Part shown: one piece after another, positions 10,380 through 19,869 of the stretch
Position numbering within the stretch: position 1 is the first letter of the stretch
Layout of the letters: each line of letters starts with the position of its first letter
Assembly (NCBI RefSeq): GCF_016432865.1
Contig: NC_067402.1
Coordinates: forward strand, 1,798,001 to 1,831,000
Direction of reading: 5' to 3'
Length of the DNA: 33,000 nucleotides
Origin: Antechinus flavipes
Taxonomy: Eukaryota
Notes under the pieces: generated by a model
The model's input: the letters and a program-made list of their open reading frames with translations, nothing else
Told to the model about the DNA's origin: nothing
Database searches by the model: none
Position numbers and translations under genes: made by a program

Positions 10380-10580
10380 AGCAGACTAGATCAATACAGC
10401 CCCGGTGATTAAAGATGTGGTCCACCTTGAACTTGAACCTTGCTGGCTGTTTATCCCGGACTGCAACATGGAAACGTTTCTTTTGAGGGAAGGAGACACA
10501 GGAAGACATCAAAGGCCAGCGAAATCATTTTAATTAGCTTTATTTCATCGATTGGGAGTGGTTCATGCTTAAGTAACCCT
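10380..10580. promoter_or_regulatory. Candidate enhancer block with TCF/LEF and homeobox motifs
   Basis: ACATCAAAG (TCF/LEF consensus) near 10506, TTTTAATTAGC, ATCGAT and GATTAAAG. Confidence 0.35.
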
Positions 10581-11479
10581 GCCTGGCTTCCTCTGGCTAG
10601 TGCTGCTTCAGGGAGGGTTTACTTAGCCGAGAGAAGGCTGTGCTGGGGCTGAGACCTGGTCGGGAAGGAGCTGGAGCATCTTGGAGAGAAAAGTCCTTGG
10701 GTTCTAGACACTCTTTGGGGAGTGTGGGGAGAGAAGGGGGACGCCCTGAAAACTCTGGCCACTTTCCTCTGGACGAAGTCGGTCTCTCTTGGTTTGAGCC
10801 GAGATCCCACACCTGCAGAATTCCCATTGTGTGTTCTTTGGTATAATCTGTTCTGGATAATTTTTCCAGTTTCTCTTTTCTGGTTTACTTAGACGGGCTC
10901 TCTCAATGGTTGGGGGTCTAGCTTTTAGCAGGAGGTAGCTAAGTCACAAGTATAGACTGAGGGCCATCCTCCCCCTTAAGAGAGAATAGAGGAGAAGTTT
11001 TCCCCCTGCCATAGCCCACAGCCATCAGGGGGTGCACACGGATACAAGTGCATCCGGATCCCCTGATGCTGTGGAAGAGCGCCTCGCCTCAAGGTGCTCC
11101 TGGGACTGCCAGCCTCTCCCGCGTGGTCTCTGGTAACCCGGAATGCCGACAGCACGTGGACGTGGTTAACGGAAAGGAGGAAATCAATATTAAGAAAATA
11201 AAGAAAAAATGTGCTTTTAAGAGCTATGGCTTTGCTCCATTTCCCTGACCCCCGAAACACAACAAGAAACACAAGGCCATGATCCCCAATCCAGCATTTT
11301 CAGCCGAGCTGTTATTTAATACACACTTAAGGTTGGGAGACCAGCTCCATTTAGTGTCAACAGCGTCCTAGGTTCTGAATCAGCCCCCTGTCCCCAGAAG
11401 CACAAACTTATGATCCCGCTGTCAGAAAGTGAACCGATAACAAAATGATTGCTGGCCCCGAGTACGGCACATCCTGCTG

Positions 11480-11670
11480 TCAGGGCTGATTGATTGGCTG
11501 GGGAAGAGGAACGAGACACGGATGTCTCCAAGACGATTAATCTGGTGTTTATAAATGGGGGCCTTCCAGAGAAATGGGGAAGCTGGGAGGACCCGTCGCG
11601 GGGAAACATAACAAGTTCTGTTTTGGACAAGTGGAATTCGAGATGCCTCTGGACACTCGGTCAAGATGAC
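11480..11670 (-). mobile_element. L2 LINE fragment
   Basis: AAGTTCTGTTTTGGACAAGTGGAATTCGAGATGCC; the minus-strand peptide SKTELVMFP matches L2 ORF2 MSKTELIIFP. Confidence 0.75.
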
Positions 11671-12620
11671 AAATAACGGGGCAGCGTTCCATGGAGAAAC
11701 TGCGGCTGGACTGAGAGGAGATGAGGGGGAAGAGCACGGCCTTGGGGAATGTCCCCGTAAGACCCCCCAGGAGCAAGGAGCCCTCCTAGGAGGTGGAATT
11801 ATCAGCATTGGTTTGGTCCCGTGGGTCAGCGCTCACCCGTTCCTGGCCGGTATCCCGGTCCCCCTCCTCAGGTGCTTCTCCAGCCCATCCTCAGCCCCTT
11901 CCCTGAGTGTGCCGGGCAGAATGAGGAACCCTCTCCAGAGGCGCTGGGCAGGAGCACACCCCCAAACCCCCTTTAGCTCCCATGCTGACTGCCAAGCCCC
12001 TGGAAGCCCCAGATCTTCATCCCAATGGGCCCCACGCCCTTCCTTCTCCCTCCCTCTGTCCTTGTAGAGCTGTTTTTTGAATCCCAGTCTAGTTTTACTT
12101 ATTAAATTAAATTTTGAAGCCTTCAGTGTTCTAGCCTGTCGCCGGGTGCTAGTGAAACCTTTCAAACGAGGGAGGGACTGGACCAGTCCCCGGTCCCGTC
12201 AAGCCTCCATATTCCTTTCCATCACCCCTGGGCTTTGCCTGGGAGAAAGAAATTCATGAATCACTAGGTGAGGTTTCCTTGAAGTAGGCAAGGAGTCATG
12301 ATTAGAATGACCTTGGACGTTCCTCCAAGAGGGGGAAAGGACAGAAGAATGCCCCCAGACTGCCATAAGCTGAGCCAGAGGGCGAGGGACTAGGAAGGTG
12401 GCGCGGGGGACCAGGAGAGGAAGCTCCCCTTGAATAACCTGCTCAGTTCTGCCGACCGGTACCACAGAGCTGAATCTCTTCTTGGCACTGAAGGGGAAAA
12501 CCCAAAAGAAAATTCCAAAATGGCCCTGGGGCTTTTTTCCTTCTGAAGAAGCAAAAGGTCTGAAGAGGGAAAGAGGGTTCCAGACACTGACTTGGAGAGG
12601 GAGCTGGGGGCAGTTTAGGG

Positions 12621-12718
12621 AGCCCAGATAGGTCAGGAAATTTGCCCAAGGTCACACTGCTAGTAAATGACCAGCTGGCCAGGGGCAGTTCAAGCCCGGG
12701 TCTGTGACTTTAAGTTCC
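12621..12718 (-). mobile_element. MIR/CORE-SINE fragment
   Basis: TTGCCCAAGGTCACACTGCTAGTAAATG...TTCAAGCCCGGGTCTGTGACT. Confidence 0.7.
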
Positions 12719-13199
12719 GGGGCGTTGGCTGCTTCCCATCTGGGCCGGGGGGGCTGTGGGTACAGTTGGATGCCAGAGCTGCTTGGCAAAGTGTTCTTGT
12801 AGCTGTTTACTTCAAGATTCCCAGAAATGCTAACAAACATACACTTGGGAGGCAAATTAGGTCTTGCTAATGAACAATATGAATTTTTAATGCAAATCAA
12901 GAACAAAAACAAAGCTGTGAAGAGTCCTGGTTTTGAGTGAGTGACACTTGCCAAGCCCAGTGCCAGGCGTGCCCATCATTACTTAGGCCCCTGTGGCCAG
13001 CAGCCCAGACCGGTTCCCAAGGTGCCCAGCACACAAGAAATGAGCCCCCAAGCTTGGAGGCCAGAGAATGACCCACAGCTCGATGGCAGGTGCTCCTACT
13101 TAGGTGGGGGAGAGGAGCAGGGACCCCTGAGCAGATCCTGTGGGCATCTGGCTGCCCGGAGGCTGGGGTCGGGTGCCACCTCTGGCAGCCACTTCCTTC

Positions 13200-13265
13200 T
13201 CTGAGTCTCTAGTTTCTCTGCCATGAAATGGGAATGATCATAGGCCATACTTCCCAGGGTGCTGT
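13200..13265 (+). mobile_element. MIR/CORE-SINE fragment
   Basis: TCTCTGAGTCTCTAGTTTCTCTGCCATGAAATGGGAATGAT resembles the CORE domain. Confidence 0.55.
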
Positions 13266-13809
13266 GCCCAGAGGAGCCTTTTTACGGTTCGTGGCCCAAT
13301 GAACCAGGTCCCTCACTTCGGCCTTGGTTGGTGGGAGACGGGGGTGGGCGGGCACGTGTGGGACTCTGGGGCCGCCCTGCCAGGGCTCCTCTCCTCACCA
13401 CCTCCCTTTCCAGGTTCAAAGATTGTCCACAGAATGAATTGCCCCGAATCCGGACGCTGCCTTGTTGCCCGGCTGCCACCCTCGGGTAAATCTGGAGAGA
13501 CCGGCTCTGCTGTGTGACTCCCCTTCCCTCCATTTACGAGCTGGAATGGAAATCTTTTTAATGGCAGGTGATTTATTAGCTTGAACACAGAAAATGTAGG
13601 GAACAGTCATCACTTTCCCTTGTTCCCACCTTCCATATGTGATCCCTTGGGTAGAGAGCTCCCTGTGCAGCTACGTGAGGTCCCCAACCCGGCTCTGCAG
13701 CCCTTTTCACCCCCTTTGGCACAGCTCTGGGGTTCTCAGGGGTCTTCTGTGCCCTCCTCTGGGAAGGACAGCATGAACGCTTTCATTTTTTCCTTCAATC
13801 TTCCTTCAG

Positions 13810-14501
13810 GAAAGAGGCCTGTGTGTGCAAGAATGTTTGTGGCTGCCTTCTTCATAGTGGCCAGAAACTGGAAACTGAGCGGATGCCCATCAATTGGAGA
13901 ATGGCCGAACAAATTGTGGTATCTGAATATTATGGAATATTATTGTTCTGTAAGAAATGACCAGCGAGAGGATTTCAGAAAGGCCTGGAGAGACTGACAG
14001 GAACTGATGCTGAGGGAAACGAGCAGGTATATCATTATATACGTCAACAACAATACTATATGATGATCAATTCTGATGGACGTGACCCTCTTCAGCAGTG
14101 AGAGGAACCAAATCAGTTCCAGTGGAGCAGTAATGAGCTGAACCAGCTATGCCCAGGGAAAGAACTCTGGGAGATGAGTATGAACCACTACATAGGATTC
14201 CCAATCCCTCTGTTTGTCCACCTGCATTTTGGATTTCCTTCACAGGCTAATTGTATACTATTTCAGAGTCCAATTCTTTTTATACAGCAAATTAACTGTT
14301 TGGACATGTATACTTATATTGTATTTAACTTATACTTTAACATATTTAACATGTATTGGTCAACCTGCCATTGGGGGAGGGGGGGAGGGGAAAGTAGGGG
14401 AAAAGTTGGAACAAAAGGATTTGCAACTGTCAATGCTGAGAAAGTACCCATGCATATATCTTGCAAATAAAAAGTTATTTAAAAACAAACAAACAACAAA
14501 G
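13810..14501 (+). mobile_element. 5'-truncated dasyurid-type L1 (ORF2 C-terminus, 3'UTR, A-rich tail) with an 11-bp TSD
   Basis: Peptide CARMFVAAFFIVARNWKLSGCPSIGEWPNKLWYLNIMEYYCSVRNDQREDFRKAWRD; AATAAA near 14466 and an A-rich tail; TSD TCTTCCTTCAG at 13799-13809 and 14502-14512. Confidence 0.95.
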
Positions 14502-14604
14502 TCTTCCTTCAGCCATGCTCTTTTTTCTTCCCTATTTCCCAACATGAGAAATGACTGCCGCTCTGAGAGGCTTCCCAATGCCCCGGGGCCAGAAGACCAA
14601 GGTT

Positions 14605-14790
14605 CTGGTCTCCCCCTGCACTAATGAGTTGTATACCTTTAGCTAATTGTTTAATAGCTCCCAAGCTCGGCTTCCTCTGTAAGTGAAGAGGGAAATGAGT
14701 GTTTGGCTTTGGATGAGACTTCTAGCTTTAAATTCTCTGATCTCAAGTCTTGCATTTCTGAGCCTTGGCTTTCTCTTCCATAAAGTGGGG
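14605..14790 (+). mobile_element. Degraded CORE-SINE (MIR3/MAR-like) fragments
   Basis: AGCTCGGCTTCCTCTGTAAGTGAAG...TTCTAGCTTTAAATTCTCTGA resembles the MIR3 core and tail. Confidence 0.45.
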
Positions 14791-15204
14791 GGAAAGTCAC
14801 CCATCCACCTCACAAACTCGGCCCAAGGTGGTGGTGGGCAAAGTCCCCTGCAGACCACAATGCTCTAGGGCTGCGCCGGGGCCCAGAGGATGGCTGGAGC
14901 CCCAGAAAGGGAAGTGTGGCCCGAGCTGTGGGCTTGACACCTGCATAAAGCCCTCTACAAATATTGCTTGTCATGCTTTGCATTGACTAGCTCTAATCTT
15001 TGCCCACCTCATTTCAATAAGATAAGCCCTAAGTTATTAAAATTTTAATTTCACCACGGAGAAATCTGCCCATCAGGGAAGGAGCAAAACAAGGAATTCT
15101 CTCCAAAGTCTCCGGCCTACGTGTGCTCATCCATCTTGGCTGGCGGCCTTCCACGGAGGGCGACCTCCCCAGCTCGCCCATTCTAGGACCGGAGAGCATG
15201 GGAC

Positions 15205-15305
15205 TTGACTTTTGGAGCCGGAAGGACCTAGAGGGTCATGGAGAACCCCTTTTAAGTTTACAAATGGGGAAGCTGAGGTCCAGAGAGAGTCGGTGAGCCA
15301 GGGTG
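15205..15305 (-). mobile_element. MIR3/CORE-SINE fragment
   Basis: GGAGCCGGAAGGACCTAGAGGGTCAT...TTTACAAATGGGGAAGCTGAGGTCCAGAGAG. Confidence 0.7.
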
Positions 15306-15309
15306 CCTA

Positions 15310-15490
15310 TATGACGTCTCAAACTCAACGTCCCATGGACACGTCAGAGTTAATATGTCCAAAATTAAATTCATCATCCTTCTTCCCAAACCATCTCCTC
15401 TTTGACTGTCAAGGGAACCACATGTCCCCAGTCCCCCAGATTTTCAGTCTCACTCCTCATTTGTACTCCCCCATTTAGTCAATCTGAAAC
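15310..15490 (+). mobile_element. L2 LINE fragment
   Basis: TCTCAAACTCAAC...ATGTCCAAAATTAAATTCATCATCCTTCTTCCCAAACC...GTCAAGGGAACCAC matches the L2 consensus. Confidence 0.75.
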
Positions 15491-15505
15491 CCTACAAACT
15501 ACTGT

Positions 15506-15640
15506 CAGCCTCAGTATCCTCAGCTTTGAAATGGGGATAATAACCCTACCTACTCCCCGAGTTGTGAAGATTAAATGAGATAATAATTGCAAAGTACTCG
15601 GCAGAGTTTCTGGAACAGAGTAGGTGCTTAATAACGGCTT
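15506..15640 (+). mobile_element. MIR 3' half
   Basis: GCCTCAGTATCCTCAGCTTTGAAATGGGGATAATAA...GTTGTGAAGATTAAATGAGATAAT...GTAGGTGCTTAATAA. Confidence 0.8.
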
Positions 15641-16104
15641 CCTTCCTTCTTACTGTACTCACATTTTACTGCCTGTTTCATTTCTCTCTTTATAGAGCTA
15701 TGTAGCAGCACCCAGGACAGCGACTGACACTGGGTGGCTGCTTCTGGAGGTTTTCCTTTGAGCTGCATCATATAACCAGGAGCTGCTTCAGTTACCCCGG
15801 CATAAAGAATCACCCAGCTATGGACTCGGAGCGGGAGGGGATCCCATGTAGAACCCCGTATACCTGGGGGTAAAAAAGCTCTAAAATGGGCAGCCTTGCA
15901 GTCGGGGAACCCGGCCCAGCTTGGGTCCGTTCTCAGGAAATCTGCCTCTTTGCACCCCTGCCCCCTCCTGCCAGCCCGTGGCCTTCTCCTGGCTCTGCCC
16001 CAAAAGAGCGAATCACAGGGCGGTCCTTCCGTTGCTTGGCAATAGTTGTCCTGCCCATCCGTGGATCCTCTTTAAGCTACAGCTTGACTCGAGAATAATT
16101 GTAC

Positions 16105-16400
16105 CTTTTAGAAAGTGAGGAATCAACAGGGAGAAAATATAGTCTGAGTGATTCTCTGTCTGGCCTCCCCATTCCACTACCTGGAGTGGAAATGGCCAAA
16201 ATCTTGGCAGGAAAGGAAAGCAGGGAATCTCTCCATCCTGAATTTGTGATAGACATGAAAGAAAAGTCCAGAGCAGCCTGATATCCTCTCCTGACTTAGG
16301 AAGAACAGATTTCAAAGAGTTCACAGGAAAGATAGGTAGCATTTCACACCAAAAATGAAATTCTGAAGACACAAAGGGAAGAGGAAGAACAGAAGAAACT
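16105..16400 (+). mobile_element. L3/CR1 LINE fragment (end of endonuclease domain and linker)
   Basis: GAGGAATCAACAGGGAGAAA (EEPTRG), GAATTTGTGATA (EFVI), DLGRTDFKEF and KNEILKTQRE correspond to CR1/L3 ORF2. Confidence 0.7.
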
Positions 16401-16411
16401 GAAAAAGGAAT

Positions 16412-16656
16412 AAGCATATATAGAGCACTTGCTGTGTACCACACACTTAGCTTTACAAATACTGTTTCCTCTGGCCCTCATAACCATTTTTCCGATGAGA
16501 TGAGCACAAGCGTAGGGATTTGTCCGGGGTCCCAGAGCTGGCAAGTGTCTGAGGAGGCTTCTGAACTCCAGGCCCGCTGCTCTGCCCACTACATTTATTA
16601 AGAACCTGCCGTGTGCCAGGCACTGGGCTAAGTACTTTACAAATCCTGTCTCATTT
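16412..16656 (-). mobile_element. Two adjacent MIR/CORE-SINE fragments
   Basis: AGAGCACTTGCTGTGTACC...GCTTTACAAATA... and CATTTATTAAGAACCTGCCGTGTGCCAGGCACTGGGCTAAGTACTTTACAAAT. Confidence 0.7.
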
Positions 16657-17155
16657 TGGACATGAGCACGTCAGCCTGGGCTAAGAGCAGTCTAGAGGCC
16701 AACCAACCTGGACTTTTTCCCCAAGGGGCATGCAAGAAAAGGGCAGCAGCCACAGAGGGGGTCAGCAGGGCTCAAGGGCCGCCTGGGCTCAGGGGCATGG
16801 GGGCAGAGGAACATTTTTTAAAAGCCCTGTGCCCACTGAAAGGGAAGGAGCAGAGGTAAGTGGGGGCTGACAACCAGCAGCAGGAGACACAGCTTCTTTC
16901 CCAGTCTGCTAGTTTTCTATGCTGGGGAACATCCTGGAAAAGACCCACGGAGGAGGCCAGTGGGAAGGGATGCGGGAGCAAATAAGCAAGCACGAAGCTG
17001 CCTTTGATAAATTCAGGAGAGCTGGTCCAAATGAAGGGCACCAAAAGTCCCACCAGAGGGAGGGATAGCTCAGCCTTTATAGGTGAGCGTCTGGAAGAGG
17101 GCATAGAGAACAGAACTGCCTCAGGACTGCAGAAGGGGAAAACTATCCCAGTTCT

Positions 17156-17958
17156 CTAGAAAGGGAGGGAACAGCCTCTCCAAGCAAAGGCCAGGAGCCC
17201 TCCAGCCTCCGGAGCAACAGGGATGCCTTGTGGACCTCCAGCAAAGGGACCGGTGATCGCAATAAGCCACTGGGGCCATCCTGCCCGGGCAGTGACCCGG
17301 CTGATGACCGATGCTTTGGGACTGATGGAAGCGGAGGTTACCTGGAAGCCCACTGTCCCCTGGCTGCCCGTTAATGCTGTGTGTGTCATTGATTCCCTTG
17401 CATATGATGATATATGTGCCCTGTGTGCTCTGTAACGGGCTCTCCGTGTCAGAATTCTGTCGGGCACATGGCTAATGTCAGGAGTGACAAGCTCAGAAAG
17501 GACTGAGGCTGCAATGGGAAGCACGAGACGAGACAAGTCTAAGGAGGAGGATCGAATGCAGAGATCCCGTCTCCGGTTACTACTGGGGGGCTGCTGGAAG
17601 ACGGTCTGGGCGTGGATTGTACAAGCCTGATGCTCTTGGTTTGGATGAGCTCATGTCGTCACCTGGAGCTGCTCTGAGTGGTGCAGAAATTTGTGCCACC
17701 GGAGCTCCCATTTACTCCCGCCTGTTCTCATGTGGAAGCCGGTGGAAGCTGACAAAGGCTTAAAAGGTGTATTTACAGATACCCCAGTGGACCTGCTAGA
17801 ATTGGTGGGGTTTTTAACTGAGAAGAGATATAAGGAATATCTGGGGACCTTGATTATATTCTTATCATACTTAAAGGTCAAGAAGGTATATGTACTTCTT
17901 GAACCGTGTTCCATAAGGTTTGGGGTGAAAGAGATGCCCTTAATGGGGAAAGGATCTC
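17156..17958 (-). pseudogene. Candidate decayed coding exon or retro-insert of unknown identity (267 codons, one internal TGA)
   Basis: Acceptor ...CTTCTGTCCACAG|GAGATCC at 17959/17958. The two supplied ORFs (17651-17914 and 17156-17536) share one frame, separated only by TGA at 17651-17653. No family recognised. Confidence 0.3.
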
Positions 17959-17970
17959 CTGTGGACAGAA

Positions 17971-18166
17971 GTGCAAAATGTGGAAAAAGAGAACACAGAA
18001 TAGGACAGGATGTAAAAGAAAGAGGATTGAGAGAACATGAAAGGAGAGTGAAGGGATCAGGGAGAGAAAGAAAGTAGAGATAGACAGAGGAAGAGAGGAG
18101 GGAGATGGGAACTAGATAAGAGAGAAAGAGAAGAGTGAGGAAAGGAGGGAGAGAGAGACAGAGGGG
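17971..18166. repeat. Purine-rich (GA) low-complexity tract; a polypyrimidine tract on the minus strand
   Basis: About 195 bp of mostly G/A directly upstream (minus strand) of the 17958 acceptor. Confidence 0.75.
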
Positions 18167-18674
18167 ACCACCGTAGAGTTTCTCCCTTCTCCTGCCAGCT
18201 CACACACAATGGAACAAGACCCCAGCTAACAGGCCAAACCAGCCTGGCAGAGTCAGGGTTGATCTCTGCCAGGAAGACCAAGAGGTTTTCCAAGACTTCC
18301 TGAAGCCCACTGAAGGTCAGTGTCCCTGGGCATTGCAGCAGTGACTGAGCCGTGCAAGGTTGGAGGCAGAGGCATGGACCGGGGGCAGCAAAACTGCCCC
18401 ACCTCCAGTGCACCCGGCGAGCCCAGCTTCCAGTGTCCGGGTGAGGACCACTGCAGGGTGACGACTTACTGGACGTGAGTGTTCCTGGGCTTTTCCTGCT
18501 CCCCTAAGGCTTCCTGTGTGACCCAAGTCAGTTTGTTTGGCAAGCAGACCATGGGACTATCAGTGCTGGCTTTTTCGGGGGCATTCTGGATGGGCACGGA
18601 GGTGCAGAACATCCATTCAAGTTGTTCAGACTGAATCTGGCGGGCTCGCAGGGTTTCTTCCTATTGCGATTACT

Positions 18675-18900
18675 GGGGCAGCTCCGTGGTGTAACGTATG
18701 GAACACTGAGCTCCTCTTAAGGAGTTCCAACCCTGCCTCAGACCCTTACTGGCTGTGGGACCCAGCGAGTTACTTGACCCCGTTTGCCTCCGTTCCTCTT
18801 TTGGAAAAGGAAAATGGCGAACCACTCCAGCATCTCTGCTCAGAAATCCCAAGTGGGGTCACAAGTGGGTCACGACATGGCTTAATGAAAACAACAGCAA
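18675..18900 (+). mobile_element. MAR1-type marsupial SINE (tRNA head, CORE domain, RTE-derived tail)
   Basis: GGGGCAGCTCCGTGGTG head; CCTGCCTCAGACCCTTACTGGCTGTG core; tail GGAAAATGGCGAACCACTCCAGCATCT...GGGGTCAC...AACAACAGCAA resembles the RTE 3' end. Confidence 0.8.
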
Positions 18901-18909
18901 GAAGAAAGT

Positions 18910-19154
18910 TATTATTGCTGGGAGTTCAAAGGAATCCCATGGATATGATTCACTAGTTGTAACAAGGCATTTCATGAAATCTCTCGGCTATTCTTGGAGG
19001 AGAAGATGGAAGTATGGCCGCTAGATGACAGTAGAATTAATTAGGTGGGTTCAAAACCACCTTTAATGGCTCAGTGTCAACTTGCAAGGTCTCCAGCACA
19101 GTGTCCCAGGACTCTGTCCCTGGGCTATTTAATGTCTGCACTAAAGACTTAGAT
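18910..19154 (+). mobile_element. L3/CR1 reverse-transcriptase fragment
   Basis: AAGGCATTTCATGAAATCTCTC...GAGAAGATGG...CTAGATGAC (KAFDKVSH..EKM..LDD) and CTCCAGCACAGTGTCCCAGG (SGVPQG region). Confidence 0.7.
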
Positions 19155-19344
19155 CAAAGCTTCTTTAAAGTGTGGGTCACAATCCCACATGGGGTCAAAT
19201 AACCAAATGAAGCCTTGAAGTTATGATTTATTGATAAATGGCTAACTATTTGACTTTATATGCTATTTAATGCCTATATGCTAGGATCCCATGAAGAATT
19301 TTGGGGCAAAAAGGGGGCGTGAGTGGAAAAAGTTAAGAAGCCCG
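19155..19344. mobile_element. Non-autonomous DNA transposon (MITE, hAT/Charlie-like) nested in L3
   Basis: Imperfect terminal inverted repeats CAAAGCTTCTTTAA...TTAAGAAGCCCG, AT-rich core. L3 RT sequence resumes on the other side. Confidence 0.65.
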
Positions 19345-19374
19345 AGTTACGGAGGCTGGAGTGAGATGCTGCGG

Positions 19375-19520
19375 CAGGGCTGGGGAGCATCCCAATGATG
19401 CCCAAAGGCAGAATCAGGATTCCAGACTTTCTTGCCAAGAGACCACTCTGAACATGAGTAAACTCGATAGCTCTTTTGCGTGGGTTGAAAAATGCCCATT
19501 TCACAAGCGTGGGACGAGGT
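19375..19520 (+). mobile_element. L3/CR1 RT fragment, continuation after the MITE
   Basis: GGCAGAATCAGGATTCCAGACTTTCTTG...GTGGGTTGAAAAATGCCCATTTCACAAG matches L3 downstream of the catalytic DD motif. Confidence 0.6.
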
Positions 19521-19589
19521 CATGAATGTAGCCTGAGGAGGGGATTTGAATGGGGGAAAGGGGGGGAGGTTTATAGGGTGTGAGCTCCC

Positions 19590-19860
19590 CGTGAGTCAGC
19601 TCCAAAGCTGACTAATTTTCATTCATCTGCTTTTTTCCTGCAACACTTTCACGAAGTTTGTTCCGCATTTCCTGCTATTGCTCATCCTTGCCAACCTTAA
19701 TTGACTTAAGCAAGGGTAACGGAGACAAACAAAGCTTCCGGAGCCGTTATGACATTTTGTGGGAAGGATTTCACAGATTTAGATGTAAACAGTTACAAAG
19801 AACAAACAATGGAGCGTGCGGATATTCAATATTATTTACACAAAGGGGAGGCTTACGTGA
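19590..19860. promoter_or_regulatory. FOX/SOX/AP-1 motif cluster, candidate enhancer
   Basis: TGAGTCA 19592-19598, TTAATTG, TGTAAACA 19784-19791, AACAAACAATGG 19801-19812, TATTTACAC 19833-19841 and ACAAAG, in AT-rich non-repeat DNA. Confidence 0.45.
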
Positions 19861-19869
19861 CTGCTCAGA

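Noticed and set aside
15036-15049. Perfect 14-bp palindrome ATTAAAATTTTAAT (also AGCCCGGCCGGGCT at 23-36)
   Set aside because: Short and compositionally biased; expected by chance in 33 kb.
17770-17860. CEACAM/Ig-like G-strand pattern (YLFSVKNPTNSSRSTGVSV) in the minus-strand frame
   Set aside because: The conserved Cys is absent and the upstream segment is about 20 aa too short for an Ig domain; treated as chance until a profile search says otherwise.
17156-18077. Endogenous bornavirus or filovirus element, or retroviral gag/pol
   Set aside because: Compared from memory in all six frames with borna N/G/L, filovirus NP/VP35, parvovirus NS1/VP1 motifs and gammaretroviral gag/RT motifs; only fleeting 4-5 residue similarities. 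It cannot be called without a search.
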